A DNA stretch of 64,000 nt from Chloroflexota bacterium (GTDB taxonomy: Bacteria; Chloroflexota; Limnocylindria; Limnocylindrales; CSP1-4): assembly GCA_040752335.1 (NCBI GenBank), contig JBFMEV010000008.1, forward strand, positions 3,272 through 67,271. The letters run 5' to 3'. Under the pieces are notes generated by a model. It searched no databases. It was not told where the DNA came from and was given only the letters and a program-made list of their open reading frames with translations. The number at the start of each line of letters is the position of its first letter. Positions within the stretch are counted from its first letter, which is position 1. The position numbers and the translations under genes are program-made. Shown here one piece after another: positions 16,079 to 24,571 of the stretch.

Positions 16079-17622
16079 CCGCCGCGCCCGGGGCGGGGGG
16101 ACCGCTTCCGCTCGCCGCCGACGGCGTCCGCTTCCGCTACGCCGGGGCGGATCGGCCTGCCCTCGACGGGATCGACCTCCGGCTCGACGCGGGCGGCGTC
16201 CTCCTCGTCGTGGGGCCGTCCGGGTCCGGCAAGAGCACGCTGGGGAAGGCGGTCGCGGGCCTCGTCCCGCGGGACGTCCCCGGGGAGTGGGGGGGCTCGC
16301 TGCGCGTCGGTGGCCTGGAGGTCGCGTCGGCGGAGCCGGCCGAGGTCGCCGCTCGCGTCGGGATCCTGTTCCAGGATCCGGCCAGCCAGCTGGTCATGGA
16401 CCGAGCGGCCGACGACGTCGCGTTCGGCCTCGAGAACCGGGCCTGGCCGCTCGAGGCGATGCGGAGGCGGGTGCCGGAAGCGCTCGGGGCCGTGGGCCTC
16501 GGCGGCTTCGGGCGGCGGCGCGGGACGCGCCTCTCGGGTGGCGAGCAGCAGCGACTCGCGCTGGCCGGCGTGGAGGCTCCCTCGCCCGCCGTCCTGGTCC
16601 TCGACGAGCCGACGGCGAACCTGGATCCGGCGGGCGCCGACGCGGTGTTCAGGCGCATCGCCGAGCTCCGGTCCGCGCGGCGGACGACGATCGTCCTCGT
16701 CGAGCATCGAGCCGACCTCGCCTGGCCCCTCGCCGACATGATCCTCGCCCTCGACGAACGGGGCTCGCCGATCGCTCTCGAGCCCCCAGCTCGAATGGCC
16801 AGCCGGCACGGCAGGCGCCTCGCCGGTGAGGGGATCTGGCTGCCGGCCGACTGGACGGCGCCCGCCCGTCCCGCGGACGGCGCCCCGCCGGGCAGCGCCG
16901 CCGACGGCCGGCCAATCGTCGAGGTCCATCACGCCCGGTTCAGCTACGCATGCGGCGTCGAGCCCGCCGTCCGCGACGTCGAGCTCGAGATCGGGGCCGG
17001 CGAGCGGGTGGCGATCGTCGGACCGAATGGCAGCGGCAAGTCGACGCTCCTTCGGCTCGTCGGAGGCCTCCTCCGTCCCTCGGCGGGATCCATCGAGGTC
17101 GGCGGCGCGGATCCCCGGCGCCTGCCGGCGCCGCTCCTCGCCCGGCTCGTCGGGCTGGTCTTCCAGGACCCCGAGCTGGGGTTCCTCGGGGAGACCGTGG
17201 CCGGTGAGATCGGCCTCGGTCTCGACCAGGCTCGGGCCTCGGCGGCGGGCGAGCTCCTCGAGCGGCTGGGCATGCCGCTCGAGGCCTTCGGCGAGCGGAG
17301 TCCGTACCGCCTCTCGGGCGGCGAGCAGCGTCGCCTGTCCGTCGCCACCGCCCTGGCGAGGCGGCCGCGGGTCCTCCTCCTCGACGAGCCCACGTTCGGC
17401 CAGGACCGGCGCGGCTGGGAGGCCCTCGCCTCGATCCTCGATGAGCTCGTGGAGGAGGGGACCGCGGTCCTGGCCGCGACCCACGACGCGCGGTTCGCCG
17501 CGCGCGTCGCGGGCCGCCGCATCCAGATGGCCGACGGCTGGGTCGTCGCCGACGACGGCCCAGGAGCCGACGACGACCCCATCACCGGCACGCACGAGCT
17601 CCTCCCCGCGGCAGGCGCCTGA
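16075..17622 (+). CDS. ykoD: ECF transporter duplicated ATPase (two ABC domains), YkoD-like; start uncertain
   Basis: Two Walker A motifs (GPSGSGKST, GPNGSGKST). Two signature motifs (LSGGEQQRLALA, LSGGEQRRLSVA). No ATG/GTG/TTG lies in frame just upstream of the first domain. The CTG at 16075 overlaps the ykoE stop (CTGA). Confidence 0.85.
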   Translation: MTAAPGAGGPLPLAADGVRFRYAGADRPALDGIDLRLDAGGVLLVVGPSGSGKSTLGKAVAGLVPRDVPGEWGGSLRVGGLEVASAEPAEVAARVGILFQDPASQLVMDRAADDVAFGLENRAWPLEAMRRRVPEALGAVGLGGFGRRRGTRLSGGEQQRLALAGVEAPSPAVLVLDEPTANLDPAGADAVFRRIAELRSARRTTIVLVEHRADLAWPLADMILALDERGSPIALEPPARMASRHGRRLAGEGIWLPADWTAPARPADGAPPGSAADGRPIVEVHHARFSYACGVEPAVRDVELEIGAGERVAIVGPNGSGKSTLLRLVGGLLRPSAGSIEVGGADPRRLPAPLLARLVGLVFQDPELGFLGETVAGEIGLGLDQARASAAGELLERLGMPLEAFGERSPYRLSGGEQRRLSVATALARRPRVLLLDEPTFGQDRRGWEALASILDELVEEGTAVLAATHDARFAARVAGRRIQMADGWVVADDGPGADDDPITGTHELLPAAGA

Positions 17623-18374
17623 TGCTGACCCCGATCGAGCTCAGCGATGCCCAGGCCTCGAGCCTCCTCGGCCGGACCAGCCCGCTCGTGAAGCTGGCCC
17701 TGGCAATCGCCTGGCTCGTCGGGCTGGCCGTCATCGGCGAGCCCGGCCCGCCGCTCCTCCTGGCCGCCCTGGCCGTCGCCGCCGGGCTTTCGATCGGGCG
17801 GGTGCCGCCGGGCAACCTCGCCCGCGGCCTGGCCCCGCTCGTCCTCGCGGCGACCTCGATCGCCCTCGCCAACCTCCTCTGGGCGGGCGCCAACACGGAT
17901 CCAGCCGCCACCGAGCTCGCGAGGCTGGGCCCCTTCCGGATCACCCGCGAGGCGGCCGAGGCCGCCGGGGCCCTGGCATCACGTGTCCTCGCGATCGTGG
18001 CGGTCGGCGCCGTCTTCGCCCAGACGACCGACCCGACCCGGCTGGTCGATGCGCTCGTCCAGCAGGCTCGCGTCCCGGAGCGGTTCGCCTACGGCGCGCT
18101 CGCCGCGTACCAGGCCGTCCCGGGCCTGGCCGAGGACCTCGTCACGCTCCGCCAGGCGCGCCGGATCCGGGGGCTCCGGGGCTGGCACCCGAGGCTGCTC
18201 CTGGGCCTGCTGGTCCGGGCCATCCGCCATGCCGACCAGCTCGCCCTGGCGATGGATGCCCGGGCCTTCGGGAGCGGTCCCCGGACGACATTCCGGCCCA
18301 TCCGCTGGGGCTGGCCCGATCTCGTGGTCGGGATCGGTGGCCTGGCGGTTCTCGCCCTTGCCCTCCGGATCTGA
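17622..18374 (+). CDS. ykoC: ECF transporter T (transmembrane energy-coupling) component, CbiQ family
   Basis: Polytopic membrane protein with the conserved …LRQARRIRG…ALAMDARAF… (Ala-Arg-Gly-type) coupling helices. ATGA overlap with ykoD. Confidence 0.82.
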   Translation: MLTPIELSDAQASSLLGRTSPLVKLALAIAWLVGLAVIGEPGPPLLLAALAVAAGLSIGRVPPGNLARGLAPLVLAATSIALANLLWAGANTDPAATELARLGPFRITREAAEAAGALASRVLAIVAVGAVFAQTTDPTRLVDALVQQARVPERFAYGALAAYQAVPGLAEDLVTLRQARRIRGLRGWHPRLLLGLLVRAIRHADQLALAMDARAFGSGPRTTFRPIRWGWPDLVVGIGGLAVLALALRI

Positions 18375-18505
18375 TCCCGGAAGAACCACCGGGACCGCGG
18401 GCTGGAACGACCTACCGCGGGGGGCGCACAATGTCCGGACATCCCTCGATCGTTCGTGCGCGCCCGATCGGCGGGCCCGCGTCAGTGCCCAGATGGAGGT
18501 TCCCG

Positions 18506-19951
18506 ATGACCGAGGTCATGGACAAGGTCCAGGCGTACCAGCAGTTCATCGGCGGGGAGTGGGTGGACAGCGCCAGCGGGGGGACCCTGGACGTCCTCAA
18601 CCCGGCCACCGACGAGGTGGTTGCGCGGGTCCCGGCGAGCGACACCGAGGATGTCGATCGGGCGGTCCGGGCGGCCGAGCGGGCCTTCGAGACCTGGCAG
18701 CACACGACGCCCCAGGACCGCAGCCTCCTCCTCCTCAAGCTCGCCGATGCCCTCGACTCCCGGGCCGACGAGCTCGGCCGCCTCGAGAGCCTCCACACCG
18801 GCAAGCCCATCCACATCGCCATCGACGAGATGGCCGTCTGCTCCGATCTGTTCCGCTTCTTCGCCGGCGCGGCCCGGGTCATGGAGGGCAAGGCCGCCAA
18901 CGAGTACATGGCCGGGCACACCTCGCTCATCAGGCGCGAGCCGGTCGGCGTCGTCGCCTCCATCGCGCCCTGGAACTACCCGCTCTACATGGCCGCCTGG
19001 AAGCTGGGCCCGGCCCTCGCGACCGGCAACACCGTCGTCCTGAAGCCCTCGGCGCGGACACCTCTGACGGCCCTCGCCTTCGCCTCGACCCTCGGCGAGA
19101 TCTTCCCGGCCGGCGTCGTCAACGTCCTGTCCGGCACGGGGGCCGCGATCGGCGACGCGCTCGTGGGCCACCCCGGCGTCCGGATGATCTCGGTCACCGG
19201 CGACACCGAGACTGGCAAGCGGATCGCCCGCATCGCCGCCGACCGGGTCAAGCGCCTCCACCTGGAGCTCGGGGGCAAGGCCCCGGTCATCGTCTTCGAC
19301 GACGCCGACATCGATGCCGCCGCCGAGACGATCAAGTTCGCCGGCTATTGGAACAGCGGCCAGGACTGCACGGCCGCCTGCCGGGTCATCGCCGGCCCCA
19401 AGGTCTACGACAGGTTCGTCTCGGCCCTGACCGACCAGGTCCGCTCGATCAAGTGGGGCAACCCGACCGAGGCCGACGACCTGGACATGGGCTCGCTCAT
19501 CGCCCAGGCCCAGGCAGACAAGGTCGAGGGCATGGTGAACCGCGCCCGCGAGGGGGCCGAGGTCCTGGTCGGCGGCGTCCGGCCGAGCGGCCCCGGCGCC
19601 TACTACGAGCCGACGGTCATCGCCGGCCCGGACCAGCGCTCCGAGATCATCCAGGACGAGGTCTTCGGGCCGGTCGTCACCGTCCAGCGGTTCTCGGACG
19701 AGGAGCAGGCCATTGCCTGGGCCAACGACGTCCGGTTCGGGCTGGCGGCGTCGGTCTTCACCAACGACATCGGACGGGCGATGCGGGTCGCCAAGGCGAT
19801 CCAGTTCGGGACGGTCTGGATCAACGAGCACTTCACGCTCGTCTCCGAGATGCCCCACGGCGGCTTCAAGGAGTCGGGCTACGGCAAGGACGGCTCGATG
19901 TACGCCCTCGAGGACTACACGATCGTCAAGCACGTGATGCTGAAGATCTGA
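18506..19951 (+). CDS. NAD(P)-dependent aldehyde dehydrogenase (aminobutyraldehyde/betaine-aldehyde-dehydrogenase-like)
   Basis: ELGGKAP and the catalytic Cys in GQDCTAACR. FIGGEWV at the N-terminus. GGAGG lies 5 nt upstream of the ATG at 18506. The 1041-aa track ORF is a spurious upstream extension. Confidence 0.9.
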   Translation: MTEVMDKVQAYQQFIGGEWVDSASGGTLDVLNPATDEVVARVPASDTEDVDRAVRAAERAFETWQHTTPQDRSLLLLKLADALDSRADELGRLESLHTGKPIHIAIDEMAVCSDLFRFFAGAARVMEGKAANEYMAGHTSLIRREPVGVVASIAPWNYPLYMAAWKLGPALATGNTVVLKPSARTPLTALAFASTLGEIFPAGVVNVLSGTGAAIGDALVGHPGVRMISVTGDTETGKRIARIAADRVKRLHLELGGKAPVIVFDDADIDAAAETIKFAGYWNSGQDCTAACRVIAGPKVYDRFVSALTDQVRSIKWGNPTEADDLDMGSLIAQAQADKVEGMVNRAREGAEVLVGGVRPSGPGAYYEPTVIAGPDQRSEIIQDEVFGPVVTVQRFSDEEQAIAWANDVRFGLAASVFTNDIGRAMRVAKAIQFGTVWINEHFTLVSEMPHGGFKESGYGKDGSMYALEDYTIVKHVMLKI

Positions 19952-19987
19952 TCAGGCGCTCTCGAGACCACGCGAGCCGAGGCTGAC

Positions 19988-20515
19988 CTGAGGCGCTCTG
20001 CCCTCGTCGTCCCGTTCCGGCTGCCGCCGCGCCTGGCCGCGATCCGCCGGCGCGAGGTCGAGGTCGCCCGGCTCGGCGTGCCGCCGCACGTGACGATCCT
20101 GTCGCCGTTCGTGGAGGTCGAGGAGATCGATGGCGCCGTCGTCGCTCGGGTTGCCGAGGTCGTGGCGGGCGTGCCGGCCTTCGACGTCTCGTTCGGCGCC
20201 GTGCGGCGCTGGCCAGCGTCCGAGCTGGGGCCCGGTGTCGTGTGGCTCGAGCCGACGCCGGCCGAACCCTTCGTCGCCCTGACCCGCGCGAGCTGGGCGG
20301 CGTTTCCGGGTTACCCGCCGTACGGTCGCGAGGACGACGACCTCGAGACCCACCTGACGATCGCCATCGACGAACCCGCTCGCTTCGACGCCGTCGAGGC
20401 CGAAGCCTCCCGGCTCGTGCCCTTCCGGCGCCGGGCGACGTCCGTGGCCCTCCTCGTGGAGGGCCCGCAAGGTCGCTGGCGAACCCGGCGACGCTTCCCG
20501 CTCGCGGTCGGCTGA
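19988..20515 (+). CDS. 2H phosphoesterase / 2'-5' RNA ligase-family protein (start uncertain)
   Basis: Two H-x-T motifs are present (PHVTIL and THLTIA). The N-terminal strand ALVVPF lies upstream of the track ORF start at 20078. The only in-frame candidate there is the CTG at 19988. Confidence 0.65.
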   Translation: MRRSALVVPFRLPPRLAAIRRREVEVARLGVPPHVTILSPFVEVEEIDGAVVARVAEVVAGVPAFDVSFGAVRRWPASELGPGVVWLEPTPAEPFVALTRASWAAFPGYPPYGREDDDLETHLTIAIDEPARFDAVEAEASRLVPFRRRATSVALLVEGPQGRWRTRRRFPLAVG

Positions 20516-20584
20516 CGCCGGCTCATCACGCCCGGCGTCCGGTCGCGCCCAAGGGCACTGGTGGGCGGCGGGTGGCGCCTGCGA

Positions 20585-20721
20585 CCGCCAAGCGACGAAG
20601 GAACGTCGCCGTGGCAGGTGTCGCGGACCGCCCCAGCCGACCTCGGCCGCTGCTTGGCGCCGTGCCCCGCCAGGCAACGACGGAGCCTGCCGCAGCGCGA
20701 CCGATCTTCGTCGTTTGGCGG
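20585..20721 (+). ncRNA. Candidate structured RNA / complex terminator in the convergent intergenic region
   Basis: A 16-bp closing helix joins 20585-20600 (CCGCCAAGCGACGAAG) to 20706-20721 (CTTCGTCGTTTGGCGG). A nested 8-bp helix joins 20611-18 to 20686-93. The imperfect position in each helix is G:U on the + transcript only. Confidence 0.25.
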
Positions 20722-20859
20722 CGATTCCCGCCACGCGGGAGTGGCGCCAGCCGGGGTCGTCGGGGTCGGCCGGCCGTAGCCGACAACCGATCCGCCGAGG
20801 GCCAGGAAAGCTTCCCGACCGGGCGCGGGCTCTGGCGACCCGACGAATCGGGCCTGCGA

Positions 20860-22842
20860 TCAGGCGATCCCGACGATGCGGGCGATGACGCCGCCCGCGG
20901 CGAGGGCGAGCGCCAGCGAACCGAGGGTGATCGTCAGGGCCGGGCGGCGGCCCAGCTCGGCGATGAGGGCGGCGAGCGTCGCGGCGCAGGGGATCGAGAT
21001 CGAGGTCACGATCGCGAAGACGAAGACCTGGCCGGCGGTCATGAATGTGCCGAGGTCGCCCGCCCCGAGGCCGTACTCGACGACGGCGAGGGCAATCAAC
21101 AGCTGCAGCGCCAGCTCCTTGCGCAGGAAGCCGAAGGCGAACGCGACGCCGGCGATCGGCGGCAGGCCCAGCCAGCCCTCGGTCAGCGGGCCGAGGGCCG
21201 TCGAGATCGGGGCCCAGGCGCCGGTCTCCCAGGCCAGCCCGACGACGAACGAGCCGATGAGCATGATCGGTGCGGCGGTGAGGACGAAGCCCCGGAAGCG
21301 GGCCCAGGCCTTCTGGGCGACGTGGCCTGCGACGGGCACCCGGAGGCGGGCCATCTCCAGGACCAGGCTCGGCTGACGGCCCGGGACGAGCTTGTTGGCA
21401 CCGACGCCGGCCGCGATCGCCACCGCCGCCGTGACGACGAAGGCCGCCAGGGCCACGCCTGGACCGGCCAGCGGCACGAGCGCCGCGATGACGACGGCGC
21501 TCCGGGCGGAGCAGGGCGTGAGGGTGATGAGGAACGAGGCGAGGATCCGCTCGCGGCGGGTCCGCAGGATCCGGGTCCCGTACAGGGCCGGGACGTTGCA
21601 GCCGGCGGCGGCCAGCAGGGGCACGGCGGCCCGGCCGGGCAGCCCCAACGCGTTGAAGACGCGGTCGAGGAGGACGGCCGCGCTGGTCAGGTAGCCCGAA
21701 TCCTCGAGGGCGGCGAGGAGGACATAGAAGGTCAGGATGTACGGGATCCCGACGGAGATCAGGGCCAGGAGACCACCGTCCACGGCCCACAGGATCGAGC
21801 TCGCCAGGCTCGGGATGGGGATGATCGCGGTGACGACCGCGGTCAGGGCCGGCGAGACAGCGGCGGCCCAGGCATTGCCGAGGATCGCCGCCAGCCAGCC
21901 GCCGACGACGACCATCAGCCCGAACGTGGCGAGGGTCACGGCCACGAACGCCGGGATGCCGGGGACCGGCTCGGTGGCCAGGCGCTCGAGCCGGTCGCGG
22001 AGCGGCGGCCGCACAGCCCGCAGGCGCTCGACCTGGCGGCTCCACGACCCGGCGAGATCGGCCCGCGCGGCGTCGAGCTCGGTGCCGAGGACGATCGTCG
22101 CCGCGCCCCGCGGGTTGGCAACGCCGGCCTCGATGAGGCGGCCGAAGCCCGTCGCGTCGAGGACCGCGGCACCGACCGAGCGGAGCCCGGGAACTCGGGC
22201 CGAGAGCTCGGCCGCCTCGGCCCCGACCCGGGCCTCCAGCGACGGCGGGTAGATCGGTGCCGGCAGGGTCGACGACGGCGCGCTGAGGCCCAGCCGGACG
22301 TCCCGCCGTCGCGTCGCCAGGCGGATCGCGTCGGCCAGGGCCGCCTGGACCCCCTCGCCGGAGCGTCCGTTGGTCACGTGGACCGGCGCCAGGAGGAGCT
22401 GGGAGAGGCGGCCCGTGTCGAGCTCGATGCCGTGACGGGCGGCCTCGTCGGACAGGTTGGCGGCGACGACGATCGGCAGACCCAGGTCGCGACAGGCGAG
22501 AGCCAGGGGCAGGTGCCGGGCCAGGTCGCCGGCGTCGACCAGGACGAGCAGCGCGTCCGGCCGCGCCGTCTCAAGGTGCTGCCAGAAGGGCCCGCTGCCG
22601 GCCGGGCGGTCCAGGAGCGAGCGCGTGCCCGGCAGGTCGACGAGGAGCGCCTCCCGGCCGTCGGCGCAGACCCGGCGGCGTTCGAGGAAGACGGTCGTTC
22701 CGGGGGCGTTGGCGGTCTCGGCGAAGCGCCCGCTGCCGCGGGCAAGGAAGGTCGACTTGCCGACGTTCGGGCGGCCGACGAGGGCCACGACCGGCAGGTC
22801 GCCGGTCCGATCCGGGGCGGCCGCTCCGTGGTGGTGCATCAT
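20860..22842 (-). CDS. feoB: Ferrous iron transporter FeoB
   Basis: The N-terminal G domain has GRPNVGKST, DLPG and NLSD. The C-terminal part is a polytopic gate domain. The ATGATG start at 22842 overlaps the stop of the upstream cgoX-feoA ORF. Confidence 0.9.
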   Translation of the reverse strand: MMHHHGAAAPDRTGDLPVVALVGRPNVGKSTFLARGSGRFAETANAPGTTVFLERRRVCADGREALLVDLPGTRSLLDRPAGSGPFWQHLETARPDALLVLVDAGDLARHLPLALACRDLGLPIVVAANLSDEAARHGIELDTGRLSQLLLAPVHVTNGRSGEGVQAALADAIRLATRRRDVRLGLSAPSSTLPAPIYPPSLEARVGAEAAELSARVPGLRSVGAAVLDATGFGRLIEAGVANPRGAATIVLGTELDAARADLAGSWSRQVERLRAVRPPLRDRLERLATEPVPGIPAFVAVTLATFGLMVVVGGWLAAILGNAWAAAVSPALTAVVTAIIPIPSLASSILWAVDGGLLALISVGIPYILTFYVLLAALEDSGYLTSAAVLLDRVFNALGLPGRAAVPLLAAAGCNVPALYGTRILRTRRERILASFLITLTPCSARSAVVIAALVPLAGPGVALAAFVVTAAVAIAAGVGANKLVPGRQPSLVLEMARLRVPVAGHVAQKAWARFRGFVLTAAPIMLIGSFVVGLAWETGAWAPISTALGPLTEGWLGLPPIAGVAFAFGFLRKELALQLLIALAVVEYGLGAGDLGTFMTAGQVFVFAIVTSISIPCAATLAALIAELGRRPALTITLGSLALALAAGGVIARIVGIA

Positions 22843-24557
22843 CGGCCGGCTGCGGCTGCCGGCTCGGGGGCGGGCTCCACGGCGACAGTTGAGGCGACGG
22901 ATCGCGCAACGGCGACCCTGGCCCGCCCCACCCCGACGACGAGCGGCCCGCCGAGGGGCGCCCGCGAGGCGACGGCGACGATCGTGCCCGGAACGACGCC
23001 CTCGAGGGCCAGCTCGGCCGCGTGGTCGGCGGCGACCGAGACGACCCGGGCTCCGGCGCCGATCGGGAGGGCGTCCAGGCTCGTGGAGCCGGCGCCAACC
23101 GCGGCGGTGGGCGCGGCTGCGTCGGCGGCCCCGGCGGGCGCTTCCGCCGGCGCCCCGCCGGACAGCAGCAGGGCGATCGAATCGGCAGCCGCCCGGCCCT
23201 GGGCGATGCAATCGGGCAGGCCGACCCCGCGATAGGCACCGCCGGCGATCCGGAGCGCCGGGTAGGGTGCCAGGGCGGCCTCGGCGGCGGCCACCCGCTC
23301 CAGGTGGCCAACGGTGTAGTGGGGCATCGCAGCGGGATAGCGGGCGACGCGGGTGAGCAGCGGCTCGCCGCGGATGCCGACCGTCCCGGCGACGTCGCGG
23401 TGGGCGGCCGCCACGAGCCCGGGATCGTCGAGGTCGTGGGCCCCGGTCCGCCGATCCCCGATGAAGGCCCGGACGAGGAGGGTCCCCTCGGGCGCCCGGC
23501 CGGCCCACTTCCGGGAGCTGAACGTGGCGGCGCTGATCGTCAGCGGCTCGTCATCGGCGACGAGGAACCCGTGGCCGGCGAGGTCGTCGGGTAGCTGGTC
23601 GTCGCCGTAGGCCAGGTTCACCACGGCCGTCGCACCATGCGGGATCGACCGGATCTGGCCGGCCGCATCGGGCGCGCCTCTCTCGAGGAGATCGGCCGTC
23701 ACCCGGGCCGGGGTGGCCAGGATCGTGGCCTCGGGGGCCAGCCGTTCGCCGCCGCAGAAGCGAACCCGGACGCGCGAGCCGTCGAACTCGAGGTCCTCGA
23801 GGAGACACTGGGTCCGAATCCCGACGTGGGGCATCCCGTGGAGGGCCTCGGCGAGCGCATCGACGAGCTGCTGGGTGCCGCCGGCGAGGGTCACGAACGG
23901 GGACGGCGACGGCCCGTCATGTCGACCGTCCGCCGCGGCCTCCTTCCGCGCCCGGGCCTCGGCGAGGGCGGCGAGAAGGAGCGATCGATGGCGGCGCTCC
24001 GATTCCCGGAGCTGGGGGACGACCGCATCGAGGCTCAGCTCGTCGATCGGAGTGCCATAGACCCCGCCGATGAGCGGGCCAGCCAGCCGATCGACGAGGG
24101 CCGACCCCAGGCGCCGCCGGAGGAACGGCCCGACGGCCACGTCGCCGTCGCTCCCGTCGCGCGGCAGGAGGAGGTCCAGGCCCATCCGCGCCTTGGCCAG
24201 CGGCGAGAAGAGGTCGCTCGTCAGGAACGGCCGGAGCTTCGTGGGGAGGACGAGGCCCATGCCGTCGGGGAAGCGGCGGAAGCGGCCGCCGGCTCGGATG
24301 AAGACGATCCGCGGCTCTTGCGGCCGGACGACCGCGTCGCCGAGGCCCAGCTCGCGGATGAGGGCCAGGCCCGCCGGTCGGTAGCTCACGAACGAATCCG
24401 GGCCGTGCTCGATGACGAAGCCGTCGACCTTTTCGGTCCGGATCTTGCCGCCCAGGCGGCGCGAGCCCTCGACGAGGAGGGTCGGGATGCCGGCCTTGCC
24501 CAGCGCATAGGCGCTCATCAGGCCGGTGATGCCGCCGCCGACGACGAGGACTGTCAT
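22839..24557 (-). CDS. cgoX: Coproporphyrinogen/protoporphyrinogen oxidase (HemY/CgoX) with a C-terminal FeoA domain fused in frame
   Basis: 572 codons with no internal stop. The N-terminal 465 aa are a HemY-type FAD oxidase ([13 protein letters not shown]…MPHYTVGH…GGAYRGVGLPDCI). An Ala/Pro linker follows. The last part is FeoA-like (…LPIGAGARVVSV…GVVPGTIVAV…PLVVGVGRARVAVARSVASTV). Confidence 0.85.
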   Translation of the reverse strand: MTVLVVGGGITGLMSAYALGKAGIPTLLVEGSRRLGGKIRTEKVDGFVIEHGPDSFVSYRPAGLALIRELGLGDAVVRPQEPRIVFIRAGGRFRRFPDGMGLVLPTKLRPFLTSDLFSPLAKARMGLDLLLPRDGSDGDVAVGPFLRRRLGSALVDRLAGPLIGGVYGTPIDELSLDAVVPQLRESERRHRSLLLAALAEARARKEAAADGRHDGPSPSPFVTLAGGTQQLVDALAEALHGMPHVGIRTQCLLEDLEFDGSRVRVRFCGGERLAPEATILATPARVTADLLERGAPDAAGQIRSIPHGATAVVNLAYGDDQLPDDLAGHGFLVADDEPLTISAATFSSRKWAGRAPEGTLLVRAFIGDRRTGAHDLDDPGLVAAAHRDVAGTVGIRGEPLLTRVARYPAAMPHYTVGHLERVAAAEAALAPYPALRIAGGAYRGVGLPDCIAQGRAAADSIALLLSGGAPAEAPAGAADAAAPTAAVGAGSTSLDALPIGAGARVVSVAADHAAELALEGVVPGTIVAVASRAPLGGPLVVGVGRARVAVARSVASTVAVEPAPEPAAAAGR

Positions 24558-24571
24558 GGCCGTACGCTTGC

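Noticed and set aside
16826-18505. The N-terminal roughly 560 codons of the 1041-aa track ORF that ends as the aldehyde dehydrogenase.
   Set aside because: This part overlaps ykoD and ykoC in other frames and is Arg/Pro/Ser-rich. The ALDH has its own ATG at 18506 with a GGAGG site.
19952-23235. Very long ORFs on both strands: 697 aa on the minus strand (19952-22045) and 997 aa on the plus strand (20242-23235). They could be mistaken for giant novel proteins.
   Set aside because: Their translations are Arg/Pro/Gly/Asp-rich without any domain signature. They overlap the well-supported feoB and 2H-phosphoesterase genes. Open frames of this length are expected by chance at this GC content.
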